Assembly: GCA_951406725.2 (NCBI GenBank)
Contig: OX597814.1
Location: 141,484,001-141,548,000 of the forward strand
Reading direction: 5' to 3'
Length of the DNA: 64,000 nucleotides
From: Octopus vulgaris
Taxonomy: Eukaryota
Shown here: piece after piece, positions 13,191 through 31,549 of the stretch
Layout: each line of letters begins with the position of its first letter
Position numbering within the stretch: the first letter of the stretch is position 1
Notes under the pieces: generated by a model
What the model saw: the letters and a program-made list of their open reading frames with translations, nothing else
The model's database searches: none
What the model was told of the DNA's origin: nothing
Program-made: the position numbers and the translations under genes

Positions 13191-13954
13191 GTATAATTTG
13201 TGAAAGCTAGTTTTGGGACATCCTGATACAATGCAGTTTATTGTTTCAGAAAAATGTTCTAAACGCAATGGTTGTCATCTATAACGTAGAAGCTGTGAAT
13301 ATTATTTTTGCTTCTAATTTTGGCACTAAAATTTTTGCTTCTAATTTTAGCGGAAAAGGAGTAGTCCATTTTTAACATTTTATGTTGATTGTATTTTATC
13401 ATCCTTCAGCAGTATCACTTAATTTTTAATTATAAACTTTTTAAACTTCTGGTAGATGAAACGGTAATTGCTGTAAATAGAGTATTTGTGGGTTCTTTTT
13501 TTTTTTTTGCATTGCTGTGCTTTCCTCATGAAGTTTTCTTTATTGCTAGTTAAAGAGATAGTAATCTTTATGTCCATTTTCTGGGTAATTATGTTAGTAC
13601 TCGGTTTATATATTTTTGAACTTATAATTGAAAAATTATGAACGAGAATATTCATACTACATTCTCAAAATTTGTATCAACGACGTCTGGAAAAGATTTT
13701 TCTTTTTACTTCTTTAAACATCTCTTATTAGATACTTGTACACTGGATTTGATTCTTTTCAAGTTCTCATGTTTGTAGTAATACACTAACTTTACCAATT
13801 TGGTGACTTCGTTTCGCTATCTTCTGAAATGGACGTGGAACATTATTAGATACGAAGTTACAAAAATATAAAATATCATATGAAAAATGACGAAAATCAA
13901 AACTAAAAACGAAAGCCTGATTATCGATTGAAGAGTCAGTATGATATACATACA

Positions 13955-14052
<98 letters not shown>

Positions 14053-14069
14053 CCTACCTACCTACCTAC

Positions 14070-14131
<62 letters not shown>

Positions 14132-14153
14132 GCATGTATATATATATGTATAT

Positions 14154-14214
<61 letters not shown>

Positions 14215-14245
14215 CGTTCATATATATGTGTATATATATATATAT
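13955..14245. repeat. (TCTA)n/(CCTA)n/(TA)n compound microsatellite
   Basis: Direct observation. Confidence 0.95.
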
Positions 14246-14356
14246 GTGTGTACTATTTATTTATCATAAAAAGTTTCACAATAATTAGGAAGAACATGAA
14301 ACATACACATATGTATTTACACACATATATGTGCATATATGTGTGTGAGTGAATAT

Positions 14357-14392
<36 letters not shown>

Positions 14393-14596
14393 GTGTACAT
14401 AAGAGGAAGCTGTATATATAACTTCACTACTTCTGTAAATTGAACAAATAAAGAAATACGTGACGAATATCTATAGATGAGAAGGAAAAAAAGCTATAGA
14501 CAAGCATAAGTATTCAATTAGATGATGAAATCTTGTATTGGAGACAGCAAGTATATATGAAAATGAATATCAAATATATATATATATATATATATA

Positions 14597-14645
<49 letters not shown>

Positions 14646-14949
14646 ATGAGCAGGTGATTGTGTATTTGTATATATGAAAATTTTTTTCATAGTAACTTAT
14701 ATTTACATTTCATTCTGCAGAAAAAAAAATATTACGATTTTCATTCAAAACTTTGTTTTATACTTGGCTCTAGAGAGGAGGGTAGAAGAAACTAATAACG
14801 GATTATTGACGTATCTAAAGTTAATTTAACTGGTTTTTCAATTATTATCTTTAAACTTTACTCTCATCCAAGTCATTTCTGCGTAGCGAAATCAATTTTA
14901 AAATCGATTTTAAAATGCAGCGCTTGTATTCAGTCAACACCATTTTAAA

Positions 14950-16160
<1,211 letters not shown>

Positions 16161-16899
16161 ACTCGTAATGGCATAGAATAGATCAGAATATTAACGTCGA
16201 TTTAGCTTCGATTATTGCACTTGATCTTAACTCCATATCCGCAAATAGAGTATAATGCAAGTTTTGTCGTGACTATGTAAAAGCGAACAGCCAGAGAAGC
16301 AGCTGTAAAACGCAGACTACGTGGAGCCTATTGTAATAGAGTCTGCAACAATTATCCGTCAGTTGTCTATAAGTCAGAAAAAAAAAACAAAACAAAAACA
16401 ATATGACTGATAGACCGGGATCATTTCATATATTGTCGAGCTGTATATTACTAATTATGGCATATAATATAAATACAAACACAGAGATTCACAAAGAATA
16501 ACAAAGAATATCCGCTTCTCAAAATCCAGATCTTTTCTAACTCGCATATACATATAAAAGGCACGAGTTTTCTGTTAATAGATCATTCATGATGAATCTC
16601 TCAACAGAGATAAAAGTGCTAAGTAATTAATTATGCCAAATCCTGACTATTACCTTTTTCTTATATATCTTATGTATCATTATATTTTAATACATCTAAG
16701 ATAACCATTTTTTAACGCTACCAAGGTTACACAAAGCTTTACGTTTTACTTTTGAAAATCTTTTTTAAAAAAGTGAAACCAGTCAAATCAATAAACGTCT
16801 TTGAAAGACCTCTGCATTTTCAAATCCTCTTTCCTATATATTTTCATTCGTGCAATACCTTGCAAGTTTACTTTGTTATATATATCCACCGCACGAGGC

Positions 16900-19800
16900 C
16901 CGAAAATGCCACCAAAGTCACAACAAACTGAAAACTCATTGAACCAAAGCATCTGAAAAGAATTACAGGAAATTACCTCCAAACTTTCAACCTTGACTAA
17001 CAAAGTCGAGCAGTCACATTTCTACCTAAATGAACTCCTGGAAGATTAAACAGCTAGCCAAACTTCTGACATCCCAACACTAAACAAACTAATTAAAACC
17101 ATTGAGACAACAATGCACCAAAAAGGAAGAACCTACAACTGACTGTTACTCAATAAAAAAACACACTAAACAATGTCTGGACTAAAAATCTCACGTATAC
17201 ACGCTTGCTTTTTGGAACTTCATAAAAATAGTAACAAAGCAGACTTTTATGAAAAGTGGCTCAACTCCACCCCAATCTTCCTTCCCAAAAATCTCCAAAT
17301 AAAACCCATCAAAAATGAACTAGAATACCAACAAAAACACAGAGTGAAATTGGCTTTAGAAAAATTCAAAATGGAAATAGAATTGTTACGGCTAAGAGCC
17401 AATTCCAACGAGGAAAAATTCAAGGCACTTGATAACGAAATGCAAATTGAAATTTCAAAATTCTGTGAAGGCGCACTACTTGTTAGAACCACCAAACTTT
17501 GGAGAAAAACTGTGAGGATGAAGAATTAACAACCCTCAAACGATGGGAAAAAATACCACCTGGTTCGCCAGTTACGAAACGGATTTTAAAAGCGAACACC
17601 ATACAAGCAACCCGTATTTGAAAAAATTAAAACTCATACACCTCACCTAAAACAAAGAAAACAAATCGCAAAACATCAAACACAAATTACTCCAAGCTTT
17701 GACCATAATAACAGAACTTACAGACAAAACTCCAACCTTGCCAAAAGAACTCAGGCACCCTCCAACCCAAGACAAGATTTTATCCGACACCGTAGATCCC
17801 ATCCCACACAGGAGTCATTCTAAAATCGTAGATTCCACCCAACTTAGAGGAATTCACTTCTAAACGACGACCGTAAGTTTCAACCCACACTAAGGCACCA
17901 AAATTACATCCATTACCATCAACCCAAAACCGAGAATATCCAAAACTCCTTTAGAAGGCGACACAATAATGGGGGAAATACCAGTACACACCAAAATACC
18001 GGAGACAGAAGAGACTCCAGAAATCACTTTTTTAGGCCAAGGCAAACAGAATCCACGACGCCAGATGGTATATACCAACCCTGAAAAACCAAAAATAGTG
18101 AATCGTTCAAGACTAAACCTGTCAACCCAACAAATTAAAATCCTCTCAAAAGGATTGAAATTCACTCCAACACCACAATACCCCAACCTCAATGAAATAC
18201 ATGACGATGTCTCACACTTCTGTAGAAAATTACGCCTCACAGAAGAGTTTTTTGACAAGGAAAATAATAGCGACGAATCAATGGTTAGCAATAAGAGCGA
18301 TTACAATCCTACAAAAGGCAAGAACAAAACACTGGACAAATTTTGTGACTACATATCAAACTTCCCTTATTGTGAACTACCACAACCTAAACCCAAATCC
18401 AATACCAGTAAAAGGGAATGGGAAATCATCCACGAGTTACAAAACAATCATGACGTCACAATCAAGGAAGCAGATAAGGGTAGTGCTGTCGTAATTATGG
18501 ACACATAATAATACAAATACTCTGTATCTCACCTCTTACAAGATACTATCTACTATGAAAGAGTAGTACCAGTATTCAAAAACAATAACCAAATTAAACA
18601 CACTCATTTGCCAACATCGAAATAACCTAACGGCAAATGAATACGACTATTTACAACATTTTGATTGCAAAACCAGCAACCTCTACGGGCTTTCGAAAAT
18701 CCACAAGAGCAAAATAATTACCGAAGCTTCCAAAAAAAGTCCACCTCAACATGCAACACTGCACCACACCCCATTGATCTCAGCCAGCATCACTGTACCA
18801 CACCCCAATAATCTCAAACTGAGACCAATTGTGGCAAGTCCAAACTGTGAAACACAGATTAAGCAACTTCATTTATATACTCTTAAAAATACTTAAACAC
18901 ATACCAAGTATTGTAAGAGATGACCCAAACCTCCTAAACCACATCCCCAAACATACCAATAAAGACATTTTCATCATACTCTTTTGATGTAATAAACCCA
19001 CATCAATACGGACTGGAAGCCATTAAATTCTGGCAATGAGGCCCCGGAAACAATCTATCATCGATGGCCTTAAGTTTATCCTCCAAAACAATTTAAAAAA
19101 TGTTAATGATAATAATAATACTTGCAAACAGCTGTTAGGGACTGCGATGGGTACTAAAGTTGCCCCAACTTATGCCAATCTGGTGATGGCCTAACTGGAA
19201 GTACAAATCTATGAACAATCCAAATTAAAATACTGCCTGTCTTTCCACAAATATCTGTTGGAGAATTGGAAACATCACTTGGATCACTGCCTGATCCTAT
19301 GGTCTCACACATTCGACCAACTCAATAAATTCAAAAGTCTAATCAACAGCGTCAACAACCATATCCAATTTACAATGGAATATAGTCGAGACCAACTTCC
19401 ATTTTTTGACATTCTTGTTATAGAAAAGGCATTAACATTGAAACTGATATCCACTACAAACCAACTGATTCTAAACAATACCTCCTGTTCACCTCTAATC
19501 ACCCAAAGTACACGAAGACAAGCATCCTCTTCAATCTAGGGAGCAGAATTTGTACAATTGTCTCAAATTATGAAACGCGAAATAAAAGGCGCTTCTTCTC
19601 GAAAGACAGTATCCTGCAGTTGACAATGGAATAGAACGGGCTAAGACAATCGATATCCAAGACTTACGAAAACCGAAACGCACTCATGGTACATTAAATA
19701 GAGAATCTTACAGGATGATATACAAGAACATCCCACTACTGAGTCAAGACCCACATTTAAAAAAAGCACTCGAAACCCATAAAATAATAAAAAAATAAGT

Positions 19801-20274
19801 GACAACCCAAATCCCTAAAAAAATTCCCCCACCAATGCAAAATTACCCGACACAAGCCCAACACCCAACGTTAAAAAATGTGGTCGCTCTAACTGCAGGA
19901 CCTGCATCCACCTCATTGAAAGAACAATATATAATTCCAATCAGGATACACTTTTGTCGTAATAAATAACTTCACCTGCGCATCAAAAAATTTACTTTAT
20001 GCCATTATGTGTGAAGGGTTCCACAAAGACTACATAGGGCAGACTAGTCTTACCTTCAGAGATAGGATGACAGCCCACCGCCAACAATTAAGGGATCCCA
20101 CCACAAGAGAGATACCACTTAGTGGCCACTTAAATCTCTGTGCACAGAATTAATCACCCAAATTCCTAGTTTTCCCCCACTGTACCAATGCCCAGACAGC
20201 ACCACTGACCAAACACGGAGAAATAAGGAAAATATCCATATTCAAAAATACAGACCACAACTCAATATACTTTA
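16900..20274 (+). pseudogene. Penelope-like RT / GIY-YIG endonuclease pseudo-ORF
   Basis: LSKGLKFTPTP, IKEADKGSAVVIMD, LYGLSKIHK, LRPIVA, GTAMGTKVAPTYANL, WKHHLDH (decayed YxDD), IQFTME..LPFFDI, CGRSNCRTC..FTC linker, LLYAIMC..DYIGQT, KYRPQLNIL*; many frameshifts. Confidence 0.9.
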
Positions 20275-20329
20275 ACATCTAAATAAAATAAACTTAGACT
20301 GCCGTCGCAAAAACACAATACTCCCCCCC

Positions 20330-21200
20330 CCCCCAAGGTACACATCCACAACAAACACACTCAGATGTACAGACACACACAAATACAATGCAACACCCTC
20401 AAAGCACAACATACATACACACAAGCACAAACACAATATCTTTACGCTCCAACACAATCAATACAAATAAAACGCTCACAATAATATACCCAAATATATG
20501 TACGCACCACACAGAAAAATAACACACACATACACACGTATGCACACGTACATACACACACACACACTTCACCACAACAAATATAGCACACACACACACA
20601 CACAATCGCATACTCAGTACAAATAAACACAGTGCGTACTCACACACACAACCACGCGCACACATGCATACCGCCCTGATAAACGTAACACACACGGACA
20701 CACAGAGAACCACAGCCAAATACAACACACTCACACACATACACCCTCACACATACATATGCACTCTCACATACACATATAGATATACACACACGCATAC
20801 CACCTGGACAATTTATAACACTACAAACATACACAGACCGACACACACACATACTCACGTGCACGCACATACTACCCTCGCCAACACAACACACACAAAC
20901 ATACATACGCGAACACACAGACGTACAGACACACACACGCACAAACACATACACACACACACGCACACACGCACCTACGGCACCCTGACAAATACAAATC
21001 ACACATACACACACACAAACGTGCACAGATATACACACACCATCCTGCTAAATATAACACACACATACACAGACCCATACATACACACACCACACTGAAC
21101 TCTAAGACCAGTCAAAAAGAATCCGCACACAAGCACAAGCATATATATATATACACATACATAGAACCGTGCACACACACACACACACACGCACACCATG
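20330..21200 (+). repeat. Degenerate CA-rich tract in the Penelope 3' region
   Basis: Direct observation. Confidence 0.85.
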
Positions 21201-21468
21201 TTGAACTCTAAGACCAGTCCAAAAACCACTGAACCATGACATACTAGTTCAGAAACAAAAAATTGCTTTTAATTTCACAAACTATATCAATACTTTCCCC
21301 CCACCAACCACCCTCCCACACTATTTCTAAAAATAGCAACCATCCTTACCCAGCATGCATCTAAGACTGGAGATGAAGGAAAAAAAGGCTGATCATTCCC
21401 CTAAAATTCTGTGTAAATACTTAAATATGATTTCTGATGAAGTTTTGACTAAGCAATACACGCTTTTT

Positions 21469-21750
21469 CCTATCACATCCTGTCAACGAATTATTTCTGT
21501 ATATATGCATCTATACAATCATGATTTTTGATGACCTCATAAATAATTATGAATTACTTTACTACCTATTTTGAACACATTTATGTAAACTGTTTAAACA
21601 AAAAGCCCCTATCACATACTGTCTACAAATTCTTTATGTATATATGCTTCTATTCAATCATTATTTTTGATGAACTTATAAATAATTATGAATTTATTTT
21701 ACTACCTATTTTAAACACTTTTATGTAAACTGTTTAAACAAAAAGCCCCT
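21469..21750 (+). repeat. ~140-bp tandem duplication upstream of the 3' pLTR
   Basis: CCTATCACAT...AAACAAAAAGCCCCT occurs twice. Confidence 0.9.
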
Positions 21751-21944
21751 CTTAACATTTTTTATCATTGTCAAAGACTGTATCACTCTATTTTAATATA
21801 TCTATGATAACCATTTTTTTAACAGAACAAAGGCTATACAGAGCCTTACATTTTACTTTTGAAGTGAAACCGGTCAAGTCAATAAACATATTCAAAAGAC
21901 CTCTGAATTTTTAAATCCTCCATCTTATATATATATATATGAAG

Positions 21945-23600
21945 CTTTAGAATTTTTCCAAAGCGTTTTCAAGCATTAATGTTCTAGTTAAGAGAGTCGA
22001 AGATAGACAGAGAAAACAGTGGAGCAGATATAGAATTTCTTTGAAAAATTACAATTCATGTGGGAATATGTTCGTTTTTTCTTTATCTGCTTTCTTGGTA
22101 TAAGTTCTTATCTTCATGGCTACTAATTTCCTAAGCTTTTCAGTTTCGACGTGGCTTGACTGATAAACTTTCTAAAAACTGGGATTCTGTCTATATGCAG
22201 TGTCTCCGGTATCCATTGGTGTGTTATGTTAAGTGTGTTTTTCAGTAATCAGCCTATATCGTGTCTTTCTCCCCTGTTAGAAGGTTGTAATGGACACGAC
22301 ATTCGTCCTATTTTTCTGGACTGCCATGTTAGCTTGGCGATAACTATATATATGCGTGTGTGTGTGTGTATTCACACGACCCTTTTCGACAACTCTTCTG
22401 CAACTCTGATAATGAGGTGTGAACATTTTCTAGATAAACAACCAGATTGTCAAAGAGTAACGAAGATAAAGCTTTGTATTTTGTTGGGTTTTTATTTATT
22501 GGGCAGGGAGAAAGTCCATGTTAGTTTTGGTTTGTTATATGAATATTATTTTCCTATATACAGTATCCAGTCAGGTACTAACTCAGGTCTCTTTAGTAAC
22601 CTACGAAATCATGTTGACACAAATTTCATAGATAGTTTAATTTTGGTTAAAAATTAGGGATGACTTTATCAGTTCCGAAGCTTTCTACTTACTAAAACTC
22701 TTTATAAGTACTGTTGGATTCTTCGATTCTTATACCGGATCATGCTTGCAGTTGTTCTATATGCTTTTTTTCTCACTCCATTTCCCATCAATTGGTCTAT
22801 TTTGTTTACACTGAATTTTTCGTTCTCTGTATTCTCCTAATAGAATTTAAATTCTGTTGATGCTGAAGTGTCATCTAGTGCCATGTTGTAGTTTCAAATT
22901 TGTTTTTCTAATGTCTCAGAAAAATTTTTTAGTAATTGTTTCAAATCATTTATTCTCATGAAAGAAGTACTAACGATTTTTAAAGCGTCTTTTCCAGCAT
23001 AATGATCCGTTTATGTCTTCACTTAACTTCCGGATTGTCATCCGTTCCTTTGATGTTATACTGTCTTAAACATTTAGTTTATTTTACTTTTTTACTCTTT
23101 CCTTTCTGAATAAAGAGGGGGATGTTTTTCTTTCCAATTTCATAGACTACTTTATCTTTTCAGTTTTTTCTCCCCTAGGCTTGAATGAAAGAGATATTCT
23201 ACTACGCCAAACCACGTATTTTTATCCTCTTCATTTCCGATACTTTTAAATGGCTACTGAATACATTAACACGTTTAGCTTGTTGATGTTCCGGTTCGTT
23301 TCTGTGGAAAGAATTCGGGAAGAGATTTCTCTTGGTCCATATATCTTGATTTTATTGTTAATTGTTTCCAATAGATTTTCCTTGATATTAACTGTTATGA
23401 ATCTGTTATGATGCATGCTTTTAATATGTGCTTTTATTCAAATTGTTGTTATAAATGTGGGATGATAGTACATTTTTGTTGAGGTAGGGCTGCTTGGTTA
23501 TTTCTGTGTATAATCCTTTGGTTGTTATCCTCATTTTTGGACTTCGTTCTGTTTCTCTATCTACCTTTTATTTTGCTATGATGCCGTGTTCTAAGTGCTG
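21945..23600 (-). mobile_element. Old R4/Dong-type RT fragment
   Basis: Minus strand LQKSCRKGS (QKGCRKGS-like) and a decayed GIFQG..SPL motif; 21945-22200 is homologous to 28100-28360 (+). Confidence 0.55.
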
Positions 23601-23699
23601 CAGATTTTGTTGCATTTCTATTGTGCGGTCATTTTAGTTATATTATTATTATTTGCTGAAAACTCACTGCTTATTTTGCTGGGCATGATAGAAAGTGTC

Positions 23700-24850
23700 T
23701 GCCGTCCACAGCCAGAAGACTATGATAACACTTGTTTACTGGTCATGTTTCAAGAACCCTGCGAAGAAGCAATGCTCATTTTTGTAGGTGTTCTACCATA
23801 TGTATTTGTACCAATGTTTTTGAGCAATGTTAATAGTTAAATGCTACTTCCAAATGCGCCAATTACTATTGGTACCACGTCTATTCTCTTCATTGACCAC
23901 AATCTTCGTATTTCCCACTTCAAATCGTCGTAGTTGTTCAGTTTTTCTTCTTTCTCTTTCTTCCTAATGTCACCAGGGCATGCTATTTCGATTATCATGC
24001 ATGTCCTTTTTTTTTCACCACAACAATGTCCGGTTTCCGATATCTGGTCAGGTGATCGCACTGAATCATTGCATCCTACAGGATTTTGCAATTCTCGTTC
24101 TCGGTGACTCCTTTCGGGGTTTGCTCATACCACGTCTTTACTCATTTTATGCTGTTTTTTTCCCACAGAGCTCCCAATGAACCAGTCTTGCCACTTTATC
24201 ATGTCATCTTTTGTATTCGCGTTGTGCCAATTTCGGGCATTTGCTAACGATGTGCCATACCGTTTCAACCCTCTCACCACATATTCTGTATTTGTCGCTA
24301 TCAGTAATGTTGTTTATTCTGTACTTCAGATAATTAGTCCTTAATGCTTGTTATTGAGCTGCGCATGTAAGTGCTCTGATCTCTATCTTCAGATCACTCC
24401 CCTTCACCCATAGCCACCGGTCTTCTTTATCTGTCTTGGTGTTCGTACATTTTTCTCCTTCCATGCTGTTCCATTTTTGTGTTCTATTTTCTCTTTCTTC
24501 CTGATGTCACCAGGGCATGCTATTTCGATTATCATGCATGTCCTTTTTTTTCACCACAACAATGAACGGTTTTCGATATCCGGTCAGTTTTTCTTTCTTG
24601 ACTCATTTATCAGTTTTAATGACACCGGCCTTCTTCACATGTTTCAACGATGGTTTCACAGGATGTTTTACACACAACCCTAAGCTGTTTCCTTCTGCTT
24701 CAATACAATCCTGGCAACTGATCGAACCTCTCCCACCCTTACTTCTGGACAAGTAGAATCTGTCGGTGTCAATCTTAGGGTTGAAGGCTCCGTGTACTGT
24801 CAATATTTTTCTTGTCCTCATATCTATATTCATCAGTTCTTTCTTTTGCC

Positions 24851-24853
<3 letters not shown>
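23700..24853 (-). mobile_element. R4/Dong-type LINE 3' half (zinc knuckle plus RLE), with internal duplication
   Basis: IDMRTRKILTVHGAFNPKIDTDRFYLSRSKGGRG; RICGERVETVWHIVSKCPKLA; IIEIACPGD; YDDLKWEIRRLWSMKRIDVVPIVIGAFG. Confidence 0.9.
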
Positions 24854-27390
<2,537 letters not shown>

Positions 27391-27412
27391 TTATTATTAT
27401 TATTATTATTAT

Positions 27413-27473
<61 letters not shown>

Positions 27474-27474
27474 G

Positions 27475-27690
27475 TTCATATACACACAACAGATTAGACT
27501 GTTGGAAAAGAAAAAATCCTAACATCGGGCTACAACAAGTAACCTTAGATGCCAAGAACCCTCCTAAGTATCCTAGCTGTCCTTAAAAACACTGTATTCT
27601 GGAGCTGTACTAAACTGGGTTTTATACCGGCTTCCTCTATCCATCAATTCAAATCTTTAGGGATAGTTCCCAATGTACCAATTATCATTA
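27475..27690 (-). mobile_element. R4/Dong-type LINE 3' end
   Basis: Minus strand IIGTLGTIPKDLN*WIEEAGIKPSLVQLQNTVFLRTARILRRVLGI*; abuts (TTA)n. Confidence 0.85.
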
Positions 27691-27706
27691 TTATTATTTT
27701 TAGCTA

Positions 27707-27781
<75 letters not shown>

Positions 27782-27914
27782 GTAATGAACTATTGTACAG
27801 CACATACGAATACATTTGATCACTATAAGCGAATCCTTTGTGCAGGTCGTTCGGTAAAATGCTGAACACTCATACGTCATCTTCGACAGACGAATCCATC
27901 ATCATTATTATTAT

Positions 27915-28360
27915 TACATAACATAACACCTGTGTTGCTGAAGACGTATCAGGAAAGGTTGTAAGAATATTTTTAAAAAGCACCAATTGACACACCAATC
28001 AATTATTTAAAACAGCAAAAAGAGACAAAAAAACTGAACGGTATAGACTGATTACTGAAAAACACCAAAAACACACGTGTGAATGCTAAAGATACAGCAT
28101 GTAAACAAGACTCCAGTATTCAGAAATTATATTAGTCATGCCATGTCGAAATGGAAAAACATAGGAAAACTGGTAGCAATGAAGATAAGAACATATACCC
28201 AGAAGACAGATTAAGAAGAAACGAAAATATTCCCACAAGAAACGGTATTTTTCAAAGAAACTGTGTATCTGCTCCATAGTCTCTCAGTGTAGCTTCGACT
28301 CTTTTAACTAACTGAAAACCATCAATGTTCGTAAACGCTTTGGAAAAATTCTAAAGTATC
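27915..28360 (+). mobile_element. Old R4/Dong-type RT fragment
   Basis: NIPTRNGIFQRNCVS resembles IPIRRGIFQGDSLS; homologous to 21945-22200. Confidence 0.55.
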
Positions 28361-28389
28361 CCTCTCCCTCCTTTTGTTTTTGTTCCTTT

Positions 28390-28938
28390 CTTGTTTAAAT
28401 TTTTCTTTAGTTACACAATTTCAGTCTTGATAACACCGGCCTTCTTCGTGACTTTCAACAGTGGTTCCACGGCATATTTTAGATACCACCCTAAGCTGTT
28501 TTCCTCTGCTTCGATACAGTCCTGGCAACAGATCACACCTCTCCCGCCCTTTCCTCTGGACAAGTGCAACATATCAGTGTCATTCTTAAGGTGGAAGTAT
28601 CCGTGTAATGTCAACATTTTGGTCTTGGTATATATTTTCTTCTTTTCTCTCTTTTGCCATTTTATAATTCCCGCTCCATACCGAAGTGATGCTATCGCCC
28701 ATGTATTAACTGCTTGGATTTTATTTCATTCAGTCAATTTTGAACGCAATACTAACCTCAGTCTTCGGAAATACTCCATCCTCAGTTGCTCTTACATTCC
28801 CTTTTCCATTATCTCGTTGAACACTAGTACACCAAGGTATCTGTATCCTTCCGTTTCAATTTGCTTAATCAAGTCTCTATTCGGTAATTCTATCCCTGCT
28901 AGGGATTTACCTTGCCTCTTTTTAGGTAGATTATTCCG

Positions 28939-28940
<2 letters not shown>
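28390..28940 (-). mobile_element. R4/Dong-type RT C-terminal fragment
   Basis: GYRYLGV, MEYFRRLR, AVNTWAIASLRYGAGIIKW, LHLSRGKGGRG, AEENSLGWYL. Confidence 0.9.
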
Positions 28941-29007
<67 letters not shown>

Positions 29008-29053
29008 CATCATCATCATCATCATCATTATTATTATTATTATTATTATTATT

Positions 29054-29258
29054 GAGTGAGAGAGCAGTGCATGCCATCAAAGTGACACTGGGGTAAAATA
29101 TACGAAGCCCAGTATACCCATCATGACTACCCGTCTGATAAGGGTACACCAGGCACATGCATCACAACCATATGTGCGCGACATGATGATCTCATATCAA
29201 GATAAACAGCACATGACCTTGTAGGTGGGGCCCAGTTAGAATTTTCTTCTGGTCGAGT
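29054..29258 (-). mobile_element. Family C truncated copy inside (TTA)n
   Basis: Begins GAGTGAGAGAGCAGTG; TTA repeats on both sides. Confidence 0.85.
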
Positions 29259-29259
29259 A

Positions 29260-29336
<77 letters not shown>

Positions 29337-29837
29337 CTTGTTAGAACACCGAATTATTGTTATTGGTAAGTTTGCTTGTTTTTTTGTGTGTTACGGTCGT
29401 GTCTTATTTATGACAGCTTCTGCATGTTTTTCTTTTTCAGAGTTTTTTTTTTATTTGATTGTTCATGTTTTTTTTAAAAATATTCTCAGTATATTTCTCA
29501 TGTAAGTTTCTATTTTAAATTTTTATATTTTGGGTTTTCTTTGCTGTTTATTATAAATCTTTGTACATTCACTAATGTGTTTGAGGTGAAGTTTTGTTTT
29601 ATATGCTCTCTTTGCCTTCTTCATATTTCATAAATCCCATATTGGGAACAGTACAACTGTGTAATATGCATTTAGTACACATCATGCTATTGACCTTCGT
29701 TTCGTCGTACCTTTGTAATTTTTATTTGTTATATTTTCATGAGCTCAAGAACTCGGAAATAACCTCTACTTTTATTTCTCCTCCTCTTTCTCTTTTTTCT
29801 GCTAATGCCACAATCACCAATACCACCACCAATACTC

Positions 29838-29870
29838 TTCCTCCTCCTCCTCCTCCTCCTCCTCCTCCTC

Positions 29871-29938
<68 letters not shown>

Positions 29939-29962
29939 GCAACTGCTGCTGCTACTGCTACT
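29838..29962. repeat. (CCT)n-(CTA)n-(CTG)n compound microsatellite
   Basis: Direct observation. Confidence 0.95.
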
Positions 29963-30510
29963 GTCTTCTTTTCCTTCTAGCAGCAATGCCAGGAACAAAG
30001 AAAAGGATATTGCATATGTAAAAGGCGCCCATCAATAACAATCTCTGTGGTAATATTCTTGAATGTAATGAATATATCCTTAACATTTACAAATAAACTA
30101 GAAATACCTTTGCAACAATCGAACAACCAAACTAAACGACACTAGCTACATAATAGAATAGAACAATATATACTATACAGGAAGGATATTAATTTTCACT
30201 TTGATTGCTTCACCCGTCTTCCACCTAGGTGGTAACATGTTCTACAATCAACTAACAACTGTACGAGAAACGTGTATTTCAATAGAGTTCCTCTTATAAG
30301 TCGTTAGATTAATTAATTGCATTGTATGAATCAATCGTCAAACTTTTAGTGATGTCATCTGATGATGTCACATCCTGATGGAGAATCATCTGATGAAGGA
30401 CACACTATGTGGTCGCAGCACAAAGGAAAAAATACCCAATAAGGGATGGTTCAAAGCGGGATGACATTTAATTATAAATCTTCTTGCTCTTGGGTGTGGG
30501 TGGACGAATA

Positions 30511-30617
<107 letters not shown>

Positions 30618-30712
30618 AATCTATCTATCTACTTGCATATATATATAATATATATATACCAGAGGTAGAGTAACAGGTTTTGTTGAATTTTCTGCTGCTT
30701 TAAATAAAGTAT

Positions 30713-30786
<74 letters not shown>

Positions 30787-30994
30787 TATATATATATATG
30801 TGCGTGTGTACAAACATACATATATACACATTTACTTACATACATGCACACACACGCACGCACACACACAGTTCAGTCGCAGGATGTGCTACAATCTAGG
30901 TCTATCAACATGTAAGGCGCCATGCTTGGCTGGGTACGCAATATTGAACCTATGAGTTGAGGCAGCTTATACTTGTCATTTGTTATATATATAT

Positions 30995-31258
30995 ATTCTT
31001 TTCTTTTATTTGTTTCAATCATTTGACTGCAGCCATGCTGGAGCACCACCTTTAGTCGAACAAATCGATCCCAGAACTTATTATATCGGTGTCTTTCGCC
31101 GAACCGCTAAGTTACGGGGCAGTTGTCAAGCGATAGAAGGGGATCAAACACACATACACACACACACACCCATATATATACGGCGGGCGTCTTTCAATTT
31201 CCGTCTACCAAATCCACTCACAAGGCTTTGGTCCGCCCGGGGCTATAGCAGAAGATAC
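30995..31258 (-). mobile_element. SINE A, head-truncated
   Basis: GCCATGCTGGAGCACC, CCGAACCGCTAAGTTACG, CCGTCTACCAAATCCACTCAC. Confidence 0.85.
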
Positions 31259-31383
31259 TTATATATATATATATATAATACACACACACATACACACACA
31301 CACATATATATACACACATATATATACGTGCACACACACATATATATATATACACATATATATACGCACTCACACATATATAC

Positions 31384-31414
<31 letters not shown>

Positions 31415-31549
31415 TGTATGTATACACTTCTATCTATGTATAAAAATACTCATAGACAGCTATATGCACACATAGGTTCCTAATCCAATATAAACTGTAG
31501 ATACGACAGGGGTGACCCCATGTGAAGCGTATGTATAAAAAAATCCAAA

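Larger units (their letters stand above)
16672..21930 (+). mobile_element. Near full-length decayed Penelope-like element (probably Neptune-type) with direct pLTRs
   Basis: Direct repeats ~16672-16840 and ~21779-21930 flank an RT + GIY-YIG pseudo-ORF and a CA-rich tail. Confidence 0.88.

Noticed and set aside
13400-13920. Possible very old RT fragment (NYR-like motif) on the minus strand
   Set aside because: Too degraded to support a call.
30350-30420. Three CTGATG motifs and a GAC..GTC stem suggesting a hammerhead
   Set aside because: No GAAA and no stem I or III partner.
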